Assembly (NCBI GenBank): GCA_002633005.1 | Contig: NMRA01000145.1 | Coordinates: 595,873 to 659,872 of the forward strand | Source of the DNA: Phoronis australis | Taxonomy: Eukaryota > Animalia > Phoronida | Reading direction: 5' to 3' | DNA: 64,000 nt | Shown here: positions 30,401 to 40,300 of the stretch, piece by piece | How positions within the stretch are numbered: position 1 is the stretch's first letter | Layout of the letters: the number at the start of each line of letters is the position of its first letter | Position numbers and translations under genes: made by a program | Notes under the pieces: model-generated | Database searches by the model: none | What the model was told of the DNA's origin: nothing | The model's input: the letters and a program-made list of their open reading frames with translations, nothing else

Positions 30401-33400
30401 AAATTCTCGGCTGTATGCAAATTTTTGTCTATCATTGTTGGAAAAATATTAAAAGTCACATGAACAGGACGAAGTCCTCAGCTGCTCATGTAGAGCAGTA
30501 ACATCTGCTGGAGAAAAAGAACCTCCATGTTTGATCTGGTCTCAGTGCCTATCATAGCAAACAGTCTTGCAAGTACTCAAAACCTATTTAGAATAAGGCC
30601 ACAAATCAGAAACAATTTCCAATTAATCGATTATGAAATAATTACCAATTTCTGGCATTAATGTCAATGCAGCATAATACTCCATAGCTGGTTTGGAATC
30701 ACCAATTTCTTATTAACCAACATACTTTTGAGTGATGGACATCATCAAATTATTTAAGGGATTCGAAATTTGTGTGGATTGAAAATACTTCATAAATGCA
30801 TCATTAACTCACTTTATATAATTAGTATTAACATTAAATAATCCTTGTAGAGTTAACAATGACAATTTCTCATTGAGAACTTTAGCGGGCAAAATGATGA
30901 TTATCATTTGGTGTAATATTGAGTTATGTTTCAGCTACACTAATTCCTTTATCCAGTAATTTGTGTTTGGAAAATGCGATGATTTAAATACTTAGCAGCC
31001 TTCAAAAGCCAACTTCAAAAACAGCCGACCTATCGCATACAGTACTGAGAAAGCCAAGGAGGTGGTATTCAGATCACGCAATAAATATCCGTGTCATCAA
31101 ATTCTTTCAATGAATTACTGTAAACATAAACCTCTGAAAAACAAATGTTCGAGCACAAAAAATCATTTCTTTACACTTTAAATGGTCTTCCATGGTCAGA
31201 AAGTTCAAACGAGTTGGATAACAGCCAGAAATTTAGTTTCCATTCACACTTTCAAATTTTAAAGTACTCACCTGCAGGTAACCGAAATCCATATTTGGTA
31301 GCAAAGAAGTCGCTCGGGACTTCCTTAGCAACAGGCTGGTAAATAACACCCGTGACCAACTCATTTTCAAGCAGTTCAACTGATTTCACACTTTCCAGGC
31401 GGGTTTGGCTTCTGCAAAAAACATGGGCCACACACCTGTATCCACAAAAGAATTAAGCATCATGCCATTTCTAAACAAAAATGTACCACAAAAAATTGTT
31501 GTTGAAAGAAATTTTTTCCAACTAAAACACTAATATTTATAATAGTGGAGCCCACTTAATGCCATGTGAAATAATAGAGTATTCAGGTTATTGTCATGAA
31601 ATGTCAAAAAACAAATCATTTCCCATTAAATCCAAATAAAGTAAACTATAACCTAATTCTTCAAGTCAACTGCCTTATGGGAACTCAGCGCCAGACTAAA
31701 AATTGGTCATTTCCAGTTTACCTGTCTCACACTCAGACTCTCCACTAATCATGGTGGTGAATGATCATAGCCCCAAGTCAGAACACTCTTAATGAAATAT
31801 CACACTTATTATCATAACTTAAATTGAAACTGAGGCTATGACATTAACAGGGCATAAATGTTACATGAAATTATCAAATCGGGCTGATTAAAACAAAAGT
31901 GGTCTCAAAATATTCCCAGACATGACAGCAATTGATTTATTTACCATCAGTAGTGGTTCGGTCTGACAAGCGCAGTTAGGCCCACCATAGTTGCTGTTGA
32001 CAAATTCCGCAAGGGTGAAGCAAATGTGTCAGTAATATTCCCAGCAACCACATTGCGACACCATTCTCATTAATGTGTTTCCGGTGATATTCCACAAACA
32101 CTCTTTACCGCATAAAGCCAAAAAATCTCATAAGAACAAGGGTAATTTTACCAATACACAAAGGGAAATATTCAAGATTCCTTGAAGTAGTCAATTCCAT
32201 TCATAGACAACTCTGAGATGTCAGACCGCTTCACATACAACGTTACTGTAGAATACAGAATAGCCGTCATGCACTGCACTTATGAGTTCAAACAAACTAG
32301 TCATTAGTAAGCCACTCCATAACAAAATTGATGATGAAAAAACTTGTTTTTAAGCGACAGCGTAGTTTAGTTGGTGATCACACGTGGTCTGTTAATGGGA
32401 ATGAGATGTCACATTTCCATAAGTCACATGTGCTGTCATTCACATGTTCCATATGTCTGATTAACCCAATTCACAACAGAAGATTAAATATTTGTGAAAT
32501 ATGAAGGTGAGTTAATATCACTTTCAGAGTGTTTATTCTGGTGTATATTTCCAGGCATATTTTCAACTGATTATGGTGTCTACAATCTACCACAAGTTTT
32601 TAATTTCCATAACCACTTTCTCTAGTTTGTCCTTCATAAATCATGGATCAGTAATGTACATGATGCAAGTGTCTCAGCTTCTTCAGAAACCACCTTTTGG
32701 TTACAACTTAATATTTATGCTTTTATTGGCAACGATTGCTGATGGTACAAGATGGAGGACGATTATAATGGTTAAATTTTTCCTATGCCCTGACTGGGTG
32801 GAATTTAGAGCCTGACACTCAGAACTATCTCTTGATATGAAGTGGCCCTGTCTTGGAACATTTGGCCAACCATGTCAGAACTTATGTCGTTTTCCCATTC
32901 TATTTACTTGCTAAGGACTCAAAAGATCTTTTTGGGTGCCAGGCATAGTCTAAAATTACATAGCAACGGAGAGGTGTAAGATATATTGCTGTATACTTAT
33001 AAGTGGTAGACTAGGTTAATTAACAATTCGTCAGTGATCAAGGTGGTGAATAAAAAAAGACAAAATCATGGCCCAATTAATCCTAACTAAAAATACCCAA
33101 TCCACAAACAGGCGCATAACTGGCTTTCTTTAAATCAACATACCCCGGTATTTAAATTTGTCAGCTTCAGCAAGATGTTGATCAAATCCAATCGAACCCT
33201 GTGTAACATGAGTACATTTAACACTTCGTTTTGAGAAGTATTAAGACCAAAATTGTACTTGTTCATGAGATACACATGGCATAATCACAATAATACATGA
33301 AAATATTGCTTTTAAATAGAAGCTGTGCGAAAATGGAGGGCCAGGATTGCAAAAACGAAAAAAACCTGCCCTTCAGTTTAACATGATACTGACAGTCAAT

Positions 33401-33718
33401 TATAGGGATCATACATTTTGAGGACCAGTTTTCTCCAACGAACAACAGGCATCAAAATGATTCTCAAAATTCGGGACCCCTGTAAGATATTCACTTCAGC
33501 TTGATCGGTTTGTAGTGAAATTCCTTTCATGAAGTTTAAAAGAAAAGATGTGGAAAGAAAAAGTAAGGTGGTGTTTTGGTTATACTGTACCTGGTTTGAA
33601 GTTTCTTTAATGTCAATCGCAGGTAATAGTTCCCAGCATTTTCAAAGACCAAGTTGAGAATTGTAAATTCCAAGCAAATTGGTTTGTCTTCAAGGCTTTT
33701 AATCAAACCAGCATCCAT
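308..33718 (-). CDS. CCDC33: Coiled-coil domain-containing protein 33 (C2 domains + C-terminal coiled coils); spliced gene, 3' end runs off the left edge; about 995 codons in window
   Basis: Exons 33591-33718, 31272-31411, 25644-26089, 24964-25118, 23433-23566, 22974-23083, 22358-22554, 21635-21755, 21077-21209, 20626-20759 (or duplicate 20085-20218), 19486-19554, 18039-18245, [16920-16961], 11819-11958, 9302-9534, 8729-8817, 7136-7328, 3838-3923, 1752-1859, 308-427. All have AG/GT boundaries and join in phase without stops. Motifs EIVVLLHGAVNLP, PTHSPVW, ELDNYRTALQRMGQDIMTLR, KVQKLQNELIKKND, QEKVIEKMEK and RIMSLEKQLADNSRQWGKE match my recollection of vertebrate CCDC33. Confidence 0.88.
1372..1627. 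mobile_element. MITE, probably PIF/Harbinger-type
   Basis: Imperfect terminal inverted repeats cagggctctgtttcatgaaaagtga / tcactatcatgaaacaggtccctg. Confidence 0.6.
1752..1859 (-). CDS. CCDC33: CCDC33 exon (DQLKSKKSETSEDIEKLELYQALDKAEGRIMSLEKQ)
   Basis: aacaacag acceptor, gtgagt donor, 108 nt. Confidence 0.85.
2271..2487 (-). mobile_element. tRNA-derived SINE (family A)
   Basis: A box TGGCCTTGTGG, B box GGTTCGAATCC, body ctagacccttgagtcagg shared with copies near 24500, 49140 and 49700. Confidence 0.8.
2554..3121. mobile_element. PIF/Harbinger-type MITE, 568 bp
   Basis: About 40-bp TIRs gggctgttccagtaa..., TTA target duplication at 2551-2553 and 3122-3124. Confidence 0.85.
3319..3829. mobile_element. 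Degenerate non-autonomous DNA transposon (Kolobok-like ends)
   Basis: Starts ttaaaggtga; imperfect inverted ends share ttttggtcaattt / aaattgaccaaaa. Confidence 0.35.
3838..3923 (-). CDS. CCDC33: CCDC33 exon (DPRKQSHDSAYDALVADNMWLRNELVQTK)
   Basis: ttttgttacag acceptor, gtcagt donor, phase 1 to 0. Confidence 0.82.
4480..4748 (-). CDS. Candidate alternative CCDC33 exon, Met/Pro/Gln-rich
   Basis: ccccacttacag acceptor; phase 1 matches the donor at 7136; open to the stop at 4480. Confidence 0.4.
5090..5225. repeat. Degenerate ~20-bp minisatellite (ttgtaaaaatcaatcgtaat-like), about 6 copies
   Basis: Recurrent aaaatcaa(t/a)c units. Confidence 0.65.
7136..7328 (-). CDS. CCDC33: CCDC33 exon (KNDAEREYVHLSNVQQTQQ...QEKVIEKMEKLINKNARGKSFDK)
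   Basis: gttttcag acceptor, gtaatt donor; within ORF 6903-7394. Confidence 0.88.
8322..8386. repeat. 19-bp tandem repeat acagaactgcacatacctg, about 3.5 copies
   Basis: Directly visible. Confidence 0.85.
8729..8817 (-). CDS. CCDC33: CCDC33 exon (LTLKQKFGKQTNELAAYKDKVQKLQNELIK)
   Basis: atttcag acceptor, gtatgt donor, phase 1 to 0. Confidence 0.88.
9302..9534 (-). CDS. CCDC33: CCDC33 coiled-coil exon (RGSDSVIEEQLNELDNYRTALQRMGQDIMTLRNQIRELESTNSRLR...ELCVRY)
   Basis: ttttctctag acceptor, gtgagt donor; within ORF 9240-9572. Confidence 0.88.
11819..11958 (-). CDS. CCDC33: CCDC33 exon (PVKDGELPPLDAMETILPEYQYIFVDPDKDKPRERTPATPRTPEPG)
   Basis: ctttgcag acceptor, gtaagt donor, phase 0 to 2. Confidence 0.8.
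14136..15956. repeat. Tandem ~0.9-kb duplication split by the N at 15052
   Basis: 14136-15051 matches 15053-15956 with SNPs and small indels. Confidence 0.9.
16920..16961 (-). CDS. CCDC33: Candidate 42-nt CCDC33 mini-exon (PSPLVHHVATQTSI)
   Basis: ctctatttccag acceptor, gtaaga donor, frame-preserving phase 0; no homology support. Confidence 0.5.
18039..18245 (-). CDS. CCDC33: CCDC33 exon (RPDSLVSYPNISDIP...PSPTPPPPSAPEPEDKDVYLQKIPKTPLP)
   Basis: ctttgtag acceptor, gtgagt donor, 207 nt, phase 0, proline-rich linker. Confidence 0.8.
19486..19554 (-). CDS. CCDC33: CCDC33 exon (SPLRTVDEDMSTVSLIIKLITTE)
   Basis: catttcag acceptor, gtgagt donor, 69 nt, phase 0. Confidence 0.8.
20085..20218 (-). 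CDS. CCDC33: Duplicate copy of the same CCDC33 exon (probably allelic assembly duplicate)
   Basis: Same peptide; one synonymous GAA/GAG difference seen; offset 541 nt across the N at 20245. Confidence 0.6.
20626..20759 (-). CDS. CCDC33: CCDC33 exon (AMTDMTWCIRKPVGFAVFLLDDAFFAKINSEDARHGLKIEGLTLQ), copy 2
   Basis: tttccag acceptor, gtaatg donor, phase 1 to 0. Confidence 0.82.
21077..21209 (-). CDS. CCDC33: CCDC33 exon (LSMPSSSEELPTWSHPFLFCNDRDNATLFTPDAALVLEFYVANS)
   Basis: ctcttctag acceptor, weaker gtgccg donor; ALVLEFY C2 strand. Confidence 0.82.
21635..21755 (-). CDS. CCDC33: CCDC33 exon (TSSLLSSPPVAGVALNSVKFPCPHPASFTPAHQPQQGFPQ)
   Basis: ctttcag acceptor, gtaaat donor, phase 2 to 0. Confidence 0.82.
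22358..22554 (-). CDS. CCDC33: CCDC33 exon (HSAESQNGTKTYATVIRKKSSLP...ARIVPNYRDYK)
   Basis: tttcag acceptor, gtgagt donor; within ORF 22354-22629. Confidence 0.85.
22974..23083 (-). CDS. CCDC33: CCDC33 exon (AFILSIADNPTKKELANYRLPVAHLTPFHHYHLECVL)
   Basis: ttttttcag acceptor, gtaata donor; within ORF 22917-23189. Confidence 0.85.
23433..23566 (-). CDS. CCDC33: CCDC33 exon (RSIADSSQGQKAQGVSHAAKRPTHSPVWENVLTMEIDEAQVENE)
   Basis: Phase 2 to 1; C2-type PTxxPxW motif. Confidence 0.85.
24341..24710 (+). mobile_element. tRNA-derived SINE (family A) with its 5' 54 bp tandemly repeated
   Basis: Units start at 24341, 24395, 24449 and 24502; the last continues into a B-box-like ggattcaaatccc and the body ctagacccttgagtcag. 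Confidence 0.8.
24964..25118 (-). CDS. CCDC33: CCDC33 exon, start of conserved C2 domain (QVAESPLP...EEIVVLLHGAVNLPPSVDGRTPVAYAT)
   Basis: ttttcag acceptor, gtaaga donor; LHGAxNLP motif. Confidence 0.85.
25644..26089 (-). CDS. CCDC33: CCDC33 exon (GFFRNRHHNDLFLVVEALSLP...HRKPEPSD)
   Basis: Overlaps ORF 25461-26051; tatctttag acceptor; donor GAT|gtaatt chosen because it gives phase 0 for the next exon. Confidence 0.7.
26236..26390. repeat. 50-bp tandem repeat, 3 copies
   Basis: gcagaacaagacatagtcaaaccactgactaccaccagatggagtaatta at 26241, 26291 and 26341. Confidence 0.9.
26805..26922. repeat. ~59-bp tandem duplication
   Basis: ttttagttcca(t/g)actcgttttaatgtcttaatttacaacaatgaaaac(a/t)gtcacct, twice. 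Confidence 0.85.
31272..31411 (-). CDS. CCDC33: CCDC33 exon (SQTRLESVKSVELLENELVTGVIYQPVAKEVPSDFFATKYGFRLPA)
   Basis: ttttttgcag acceptor, gtgagt donor, phase 2 to 1, open frame. Confidence 0.75.
33591..33718 (-). CDS. CCDC33: CCDC33 first coding exon (MDAGLIKSLEDKPICLEF...LKKLQT)
   Basis: ATG at 33718, 11 nt after acceptor tttttcag; donor AG|gtacag; phase 2 fits the next exon. Confidence 0.7.
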
Positions 33719-36700
33719 AGCAATAATCTCTGAAAAATTGAAACACTCAAAATTTCTTAATCAATCAAGACTGGGGCCTATTCTAGTCATTTTTAAAGAA
33801 TACTACTTGAATGAAAATGCTCAGGTTTTTCACGATAAAATAAGAAGAATACCAAATTTATTTCTATCATTATACTTCTGTCCAAAGTTATGACAATCAC
33901 TTGAGTATACCTATACATAACACTGTCAAAGCATGATTTGCAATATCAACACAAAGACTTATCATGTAAAAAAAGAACACAAAGCTTTGACCTTTGGCTA
34001 AAACAATGCAGGATTTATGTTATTTACTAAGATTGCAACTCAAAACTTTTTCACTCGCAGGAAAGAAGAACAGTGTCTCACACTTATAATCACAGCTCGT
34101 TGTGACAGCCAGACTATGATAACTTTCAGAAAGATTCAGAAAAATGAAACCAATAGAATTTTAAATTTTGAGAAAATAACACATTGCAGAATTCTATTGA
34201 AGTTATTAAAGAAAATGAAAAAGCAATGCATTTAATAGATTATGAATCCAAGTGCTATAATATGACATTGGTGCCAAAAATAACACTTTTTGCTTTTTGG
34301 GATAAATCCAAAAACGCTGACCCACCTAGTGTAAGAAGGGGACGTAACAGAGGGGACATTTTTGTCACTTTGACAAATTCGGATATTTCACCATTAAAAC
34401 TCACCCCCACTGTTTCTATAGGTGAGTATTACTCTATGATTCCTACATTTTATCACAAGAAAAGTTAAGCACTTTATAAATTTTATATTTGAAAAATAAA
34501 AATGCTGAAATATGATCGTCATACAATGTACACAAGCTGCACCAAATAGAATGGCAAAAATGCACATGGTCTCAGCAAGGTTACGAGCTTAAGCACTAGT
34601 AGCATGATGGATCTGGTAGAATTCTAAGAATTTTTGTAAGTTTTCATAGTTTCATTTCAGCTGTGGTAAGCATTATTGGTATATGGTTGTGACCTACATA
34701 CACCTCATAGGGGACGTAGATAAGGTGGTGCCCCATGTCAGGGTGACTTTTTCAATTTATTTCTCTAGCAAAAGTTGTCCTTGATGTGTTACAAAATTTT
34801 AAAAGATTTAATTTTTGTAATGCTCGAACAATATTTCACCTTTGTTGACCACATTCCAAATCATTTTTAATGAATTTCAACTAAAAAATAAGAAATCTTT
34901 TGCATTTAAAACCTATGGAGAAGCCTAATACAGATGGATTGCTTTTTTTATGCAAACTACCTAAAAAGCGTCTCGTTTGACCATGATGAGTCTCTAAAAT
35001 AACAGATATCCTAACTTCCCTGAAGTACACTCAGCCAATGGTGGTGGAGCGATCACTTAGCCCCTCACCTGAGACCATTTGACATATTTTGACAGAAAAA
35101 ACAGTTTTGCCAAACTATTCCTCTAAAACATGAAAACACAAGACATCAAACTTTATGTTTAAAATCAAACACAATTTATGCATCTGCGGTGTACTTTAAC
35201 CTTACGATTTCGAAATTACTAATTGAAATTAGTTGATTCACTACTTCAGATACCCTGCAACATTGAAAGCCTTTCACCAAACAAAACTCAGCGGTAATTG
35301 AATTTGCACTAAAACCTTCAATAATCTCCCCCTGAACAACAAATTAACTCCCCTGTACAAATTGTGCCCTTCTTTCATTATAACTCTAGCCAAAGATAAG
35401 TTTCAAAGTAATTATAGTTTAAAAAGTATCATGAATTTATCTCCAATCGTATATTAATAAATAAGATAAACTTTCCCCCTTGTTTTGTAACGGAGGGGAC
35501 GTTTTGCTGAGATTGATCATGTCTCATAATCAGTACGATAAAATCTTTCTGAAAAAAAACTTTCTGGTCCCAAATGCAACCAAGGCTAAGCATGACACAG
35601 TACTTTTAAATCAATTTCAGTTGCTGTATAGCAAGCTATTGCATTAACTTTAATGTCCCCTCCGTTACAGTCCTTTTGGGTTTTACAATAAACATAATTT
35701 TGTGATGTCATAAAGTCCAAATTGGTTTTTTTATATTCATAAATGATAAAAATTAAGTGTCTTGTCAACGTAGAACCAGTTTATGAAAGAGTTTTTCTAA
35801 AAATTATTTTCAATTTTCTATATTCATTTTACTGTGGAATCTCCAAAAAGGTGACGTCATTTTATTCCTTTTTCAATTAAGAAGCAATCTCAAGGATCAG
35901 AAGACAGAGCAGCAATTTTAAAAGTTTTGTTTCACACCAGACTCCTTATGTTCCAGGTCATTGCCTGAATATTTTAAAAAGTTCGAGATTATACTGATTT
36001 TGGATTTGTCCACGCAAATAATTACATGGAATTCAATTTCATTTTCCCGTGACTAGTTAAGGAAATAATGACGTTTTGGAAGCACAAATATTCTGGGAAC
36101 ATGTTTTTCAAGTGCCATGAGAGCATGCATTTTAATTAGAGACGCTTTAAGTAAAGTGGCTACAAAAATCTTCCTTCTCACACAAAATTTAGACCACTAG
36201 CTGTTATGGAATTGGCCTGAAATTGTTCCTTGATTAAACTGGAGATGATCTGAAGGCTTAGACAGAACTGGCAGTACATTATACGCTTGAAATGCAAACT
36301 ATACTTGTTGACATGTCACAGTGTGTCATTTTATGTACTGCCAAGCATGCTTTCAGTGCAGTAAACTAGGTACATCTTTTGCACAGTTCACTGAGACCAT
36401 GCTGGGTGCGGAGAATGACATCTCAGTAAAAAATATAAGAACTGAGACTAATTCTTAGCCGTAGGGCCTACACAAGTTAAGAGGTCGCTAAGCAAAAATT
36501 TCATTTCTTGGAAAGGACACCGAATTGATTTAAATTGTAATTTGTATCTCCGCACAACAACAGTACACGCATATTCATTCGCTTTTATCTTTTCAACAAT
36601 GAATCAAAACCATCTTGATTTAAACAAATTCTAACGTCATTAAACAACTTTTAATAGAAACTTAATTTTGCTCTCTTCCTTGACACATTGGCATCCTCAG

Positions 36701-36822
36701 CTTCTGATGGTCCCTACACTACTACATTCTACAAGGTATAATGGGGATCACCAGAAGCTGAGGACGCCTGTGGTTTAACTTTAAGTGACCACACTCTCTC
36801 CAGAGTGTCACTAAATACTCAC

Positions 36823-37382
36823 AGCACTATTGTCGTTCAGAGTGAGACTATAATGAAATTATATGTCTAACAACGCTGTCCGGATGTTTTTAAAATAGCC
36901 GCTCCCATACGTCATGACGCCACGTGAACAGAAAATCAATAAACAGTGATAAACACTGATATGGGTCACCTTTGCTTTGTTTTCTTGACCTCTTCGATTT
37001 TAGTTTTTGATCCTACCAGTGGAGGCGCTCAAAGAACCAGCTTTTCAATCAAAATGCAAAATGAGGGATCTTTTTCAGAAAAAAGCAGGAAAAATGAACT
37101 GTTTAACATAATTTTATGTGTGAGTCATTTTATTGCCAATTTTTTACGTTCTTCGAAATGAAGAAGTTGTGGCCACAAATATCAACTAAATTAGGTTATA
37201 ACAATGTGATACTTTTTTAAAAAGAAACCAGCATTTTGCCATAATATATCATCAACTGGGAAATTTTCTATGAAAATGCTATAAAAATCTAATTTGTTAG
37301 TGATTGATTAAAACAATAGTTCAAATCTCTTATAAAAGTAGCTTTTTGTTACAAGCTAATAATCTTTAAGACCTGTTTAGCA
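36823..37382. promoter_or_regulatory. Putative bidirectional promoter of CCDC33 (-) and TMEM11 (+), including a probable non-coding CCDC33 first exon
   Basis: Minus-strand donor gtgagt at 36822; motif cluster GTCTAACAAC (36865, X-box-like), CGTCATGACG palindrome (36910), CACGTG (36921), two TAAACA (36940, 36950); TMEM11 ATG at 37383. Confidence 0.5.
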
Positions 37383-40300
37383 ATGGCGAAGTCCGGTGGA
37401 GAACAACGGTAAGACTTCTTAACATTTTTAGATTGTACATAAATTCATTGCTTAGCTGCCACTAATGTAAGGGCGACACAAACCTTTATGTTTATAATGG
37501 GTTTGTTTCTAGAACATGGATTAATTCATCTTATTCAGACCTCTCATTCAACAATCAAGATTAGATGTTACATCACTCACAACACTCCAACTTCCAAAAG
37601 TCCCAATAGAGCACCTGAAATAGTCATACACGATAGACATTAGTCATTACCACTGTTGTAAATTGTGGCTATTGGTTCAATTTAAAACACTTTCGTCTCA
37701 ACTAACCCATACTAGCCATAGACCGGAAGCTTTACGGCGAATTATGCCTCACATTAAACCATCAAAATCACGTTGCTATATTTATAGACACGCTTACGTA
37801 CCCATACTAGCTCAGGACAACTTTGCTTAGCCCCAGTCTTAGCCTTAGGCTTTGGAAGCTAGTGCTGTAGTGGGGTATATAGGTGCACATAGGCACAGCC
37901 AACCACTTTTTGGCATTTAAACGTAGTGCCTACGCACCGTAAGTTTCGTTATAGTGAGAATTCAGTGCACTTTAAAATTCAGTGGCACTCAAGGTGATAC
38001 GGTGGTCATTGGGTGCCTACTTACCTCTAATTTTACCACTACGGCGCTGTAGGAAGCCGTTGATGTCTGTAACTCTTGGCTCAAGCAAATACTTCCAAAA
38101 TCACACTTTTTTCAAACAGTCCTTCGTTTAGTTGCCCGAATTGGCAACTGGTTACACTGTTCGTGCCAGACTGCCAGAGGATATGACATCATATCTCAGT
38201 CCTGGCGAGAGCAGTTTTAGTAACTACTAGTATCAATGACAAGGGACCATTCACTTCAAGTTTACACAGTATGCCAGGGATGCATGCCGGGAAGTGTTGC
38301 ATTGACAGCTATTTAGATTTTATGTGCCGTCAAGTCTGTTTTCAGATTCTGTTGATTCAAAATGCGGTGTCCCCGTTATCATATTTGTGAAATATGACTT
38401 ACACCAAAATTGCTCTCGTCCCAATCTTCAGAGTAAAAAAATTCAATTTTTTCCATAAATTTCAGTTTCCCAGGTAACGATAATGGTTTGAATTTCGTAA
38501 CATCTTTTAAGTCATCTTCTGAACATTTCACGATTTTTTGAAACAAAAAGCACCTCCGGATTGACCGATACCAAAATTCTGTCGTAAAGTGCTGGCCGTG
38601 GACCATTTATGGTGGAGTATCAAGCACTGTATACACCTGTCAGAGGTTTGCTGAGCTTAAACATGCTGTAGATTCACTTGCATTGTGTCAAACAAATGAA
38701 CTTTTAAATTACCGTTATAAAACTGGTGTCTACTTGTTCCTTACTGCGCTCAAAGGTGTGTTTTGGGCGTGTAGGGAACTTACAGATATTTATTTCTAGA
38801 GACGTTCTTGGTGCATAAAGTGAGACACACTGAGGAGACGGTGTGGCTCAGTAGTTTGAGCTCTGGTCTCCTGTTTGGTAGACCTGTGCCCGGTCTCTTA
38901 ATCTTTGTACTCGAAACGAACTCGAAACTATTCTTGGCAATTTTTCTGCTCCTTTTGTGCGAACTTAAGATAATTGGTTATCAGACTGTGCTCGAATACA
39001 TTATAGTTTATGCATAAGAGTTTCTAGTTCAAGTTTGCCCTTGAAGACCCTTATATTCGTGCTACAAACTCGAGTAAAAACTTGAAATTTCGAGTTCAAA
39101 CTCGAACTTATTGCTTTAATATTGGGTTTACAAAATGTGAACTAAGATGCAATAAATTATCTACGTAAGTTATTGTGTACTCGAGCATAGAATAAATAGA
39201 CACTTATCTTGAGTTTGCCCAAAAGTAGAGTAGAAAATGCCAAACCTAATTTTGAGTTCCATTTCGAGTAAAAAGATTGGAGACCGGGCCCTGGGTTCGA
39301 ATCCTGGCTTTACTGGCAGGGAATGAATGAGAAGCACTTGAATACTGGACTTCGAGTGTGAAATGTAAACAAGAGAAAGATACGAAGAATACAACTTGTT
39401 GGGCTTGGTCTTGACCAATAATGAGTCTTTGCTATTCTATAAATAACCTCTACGGTAACCTCTGCTAAAATCGCCATATTTCTATGTTTCAGATGCTTAC
39501 CACATTGTTGCTCAAAACTTTACTAAATGTTGTTCGGTAAATACTAATAGCTACGACAAACAAACTTTGCTTAGAGCAAAACAAATTTTCCTGAACAGTT
39601 ATTTTTGTTGACAGATATGACCAAATGAAATTTGACTTGTCAACCATGTTGTGTGCCAAACTGAAGAATTTTAACCAGAATTTGAGTGAACAAATTTCAT
39701 AAAGTTGTTTAGATAAACAAATTCAAAAGTTGTTTTCCAGTCGAATGTGGTATATCCGGTATACTTCAATGTAATCACAGTTTACTTGTTTGGTTTTGAC
39801 GCTTTCTCGTCATTCACTGTCAGCAATAAATTTCACACGAACAAACAGTTTTTAAAGCAGCATTTCATCTGTTTAGCTGGCTAAAAAACAAAAAAATAGA
39901 GTTGGGCATTTAATTCTCATAAAAATGGTTTCATAATATTTCTTACAGTGACTGGTTTCTTTTTCCATTACCAACAGGAACATTGAAACTTTCAGTAACA
40001 CGAGCAATGCTTCAGAGTACATTGGGGTTGTCCAGTTCTAAAATGGCACATGTTCCTTTGCTGTGACTAGAGTAGCCAGCTCATTCAGTAGTCACTTGAG
40101 ATAGAGCGAGCATGGTAATGATTTTAAATTTCAAAGCACTTCGGGTTAAAGATTCAACATTGACAGCTAAATATAGGCAAAATGCATCTTTAATTACTCG
40201 TTCAACTGTGTTAATTATTATCCACAATAGCTTATAAGATGTTATTGCATGTTTTAGGGATGTGCAGCCCTCCAACTTTGTGATAATTCGGGAAATTTAC

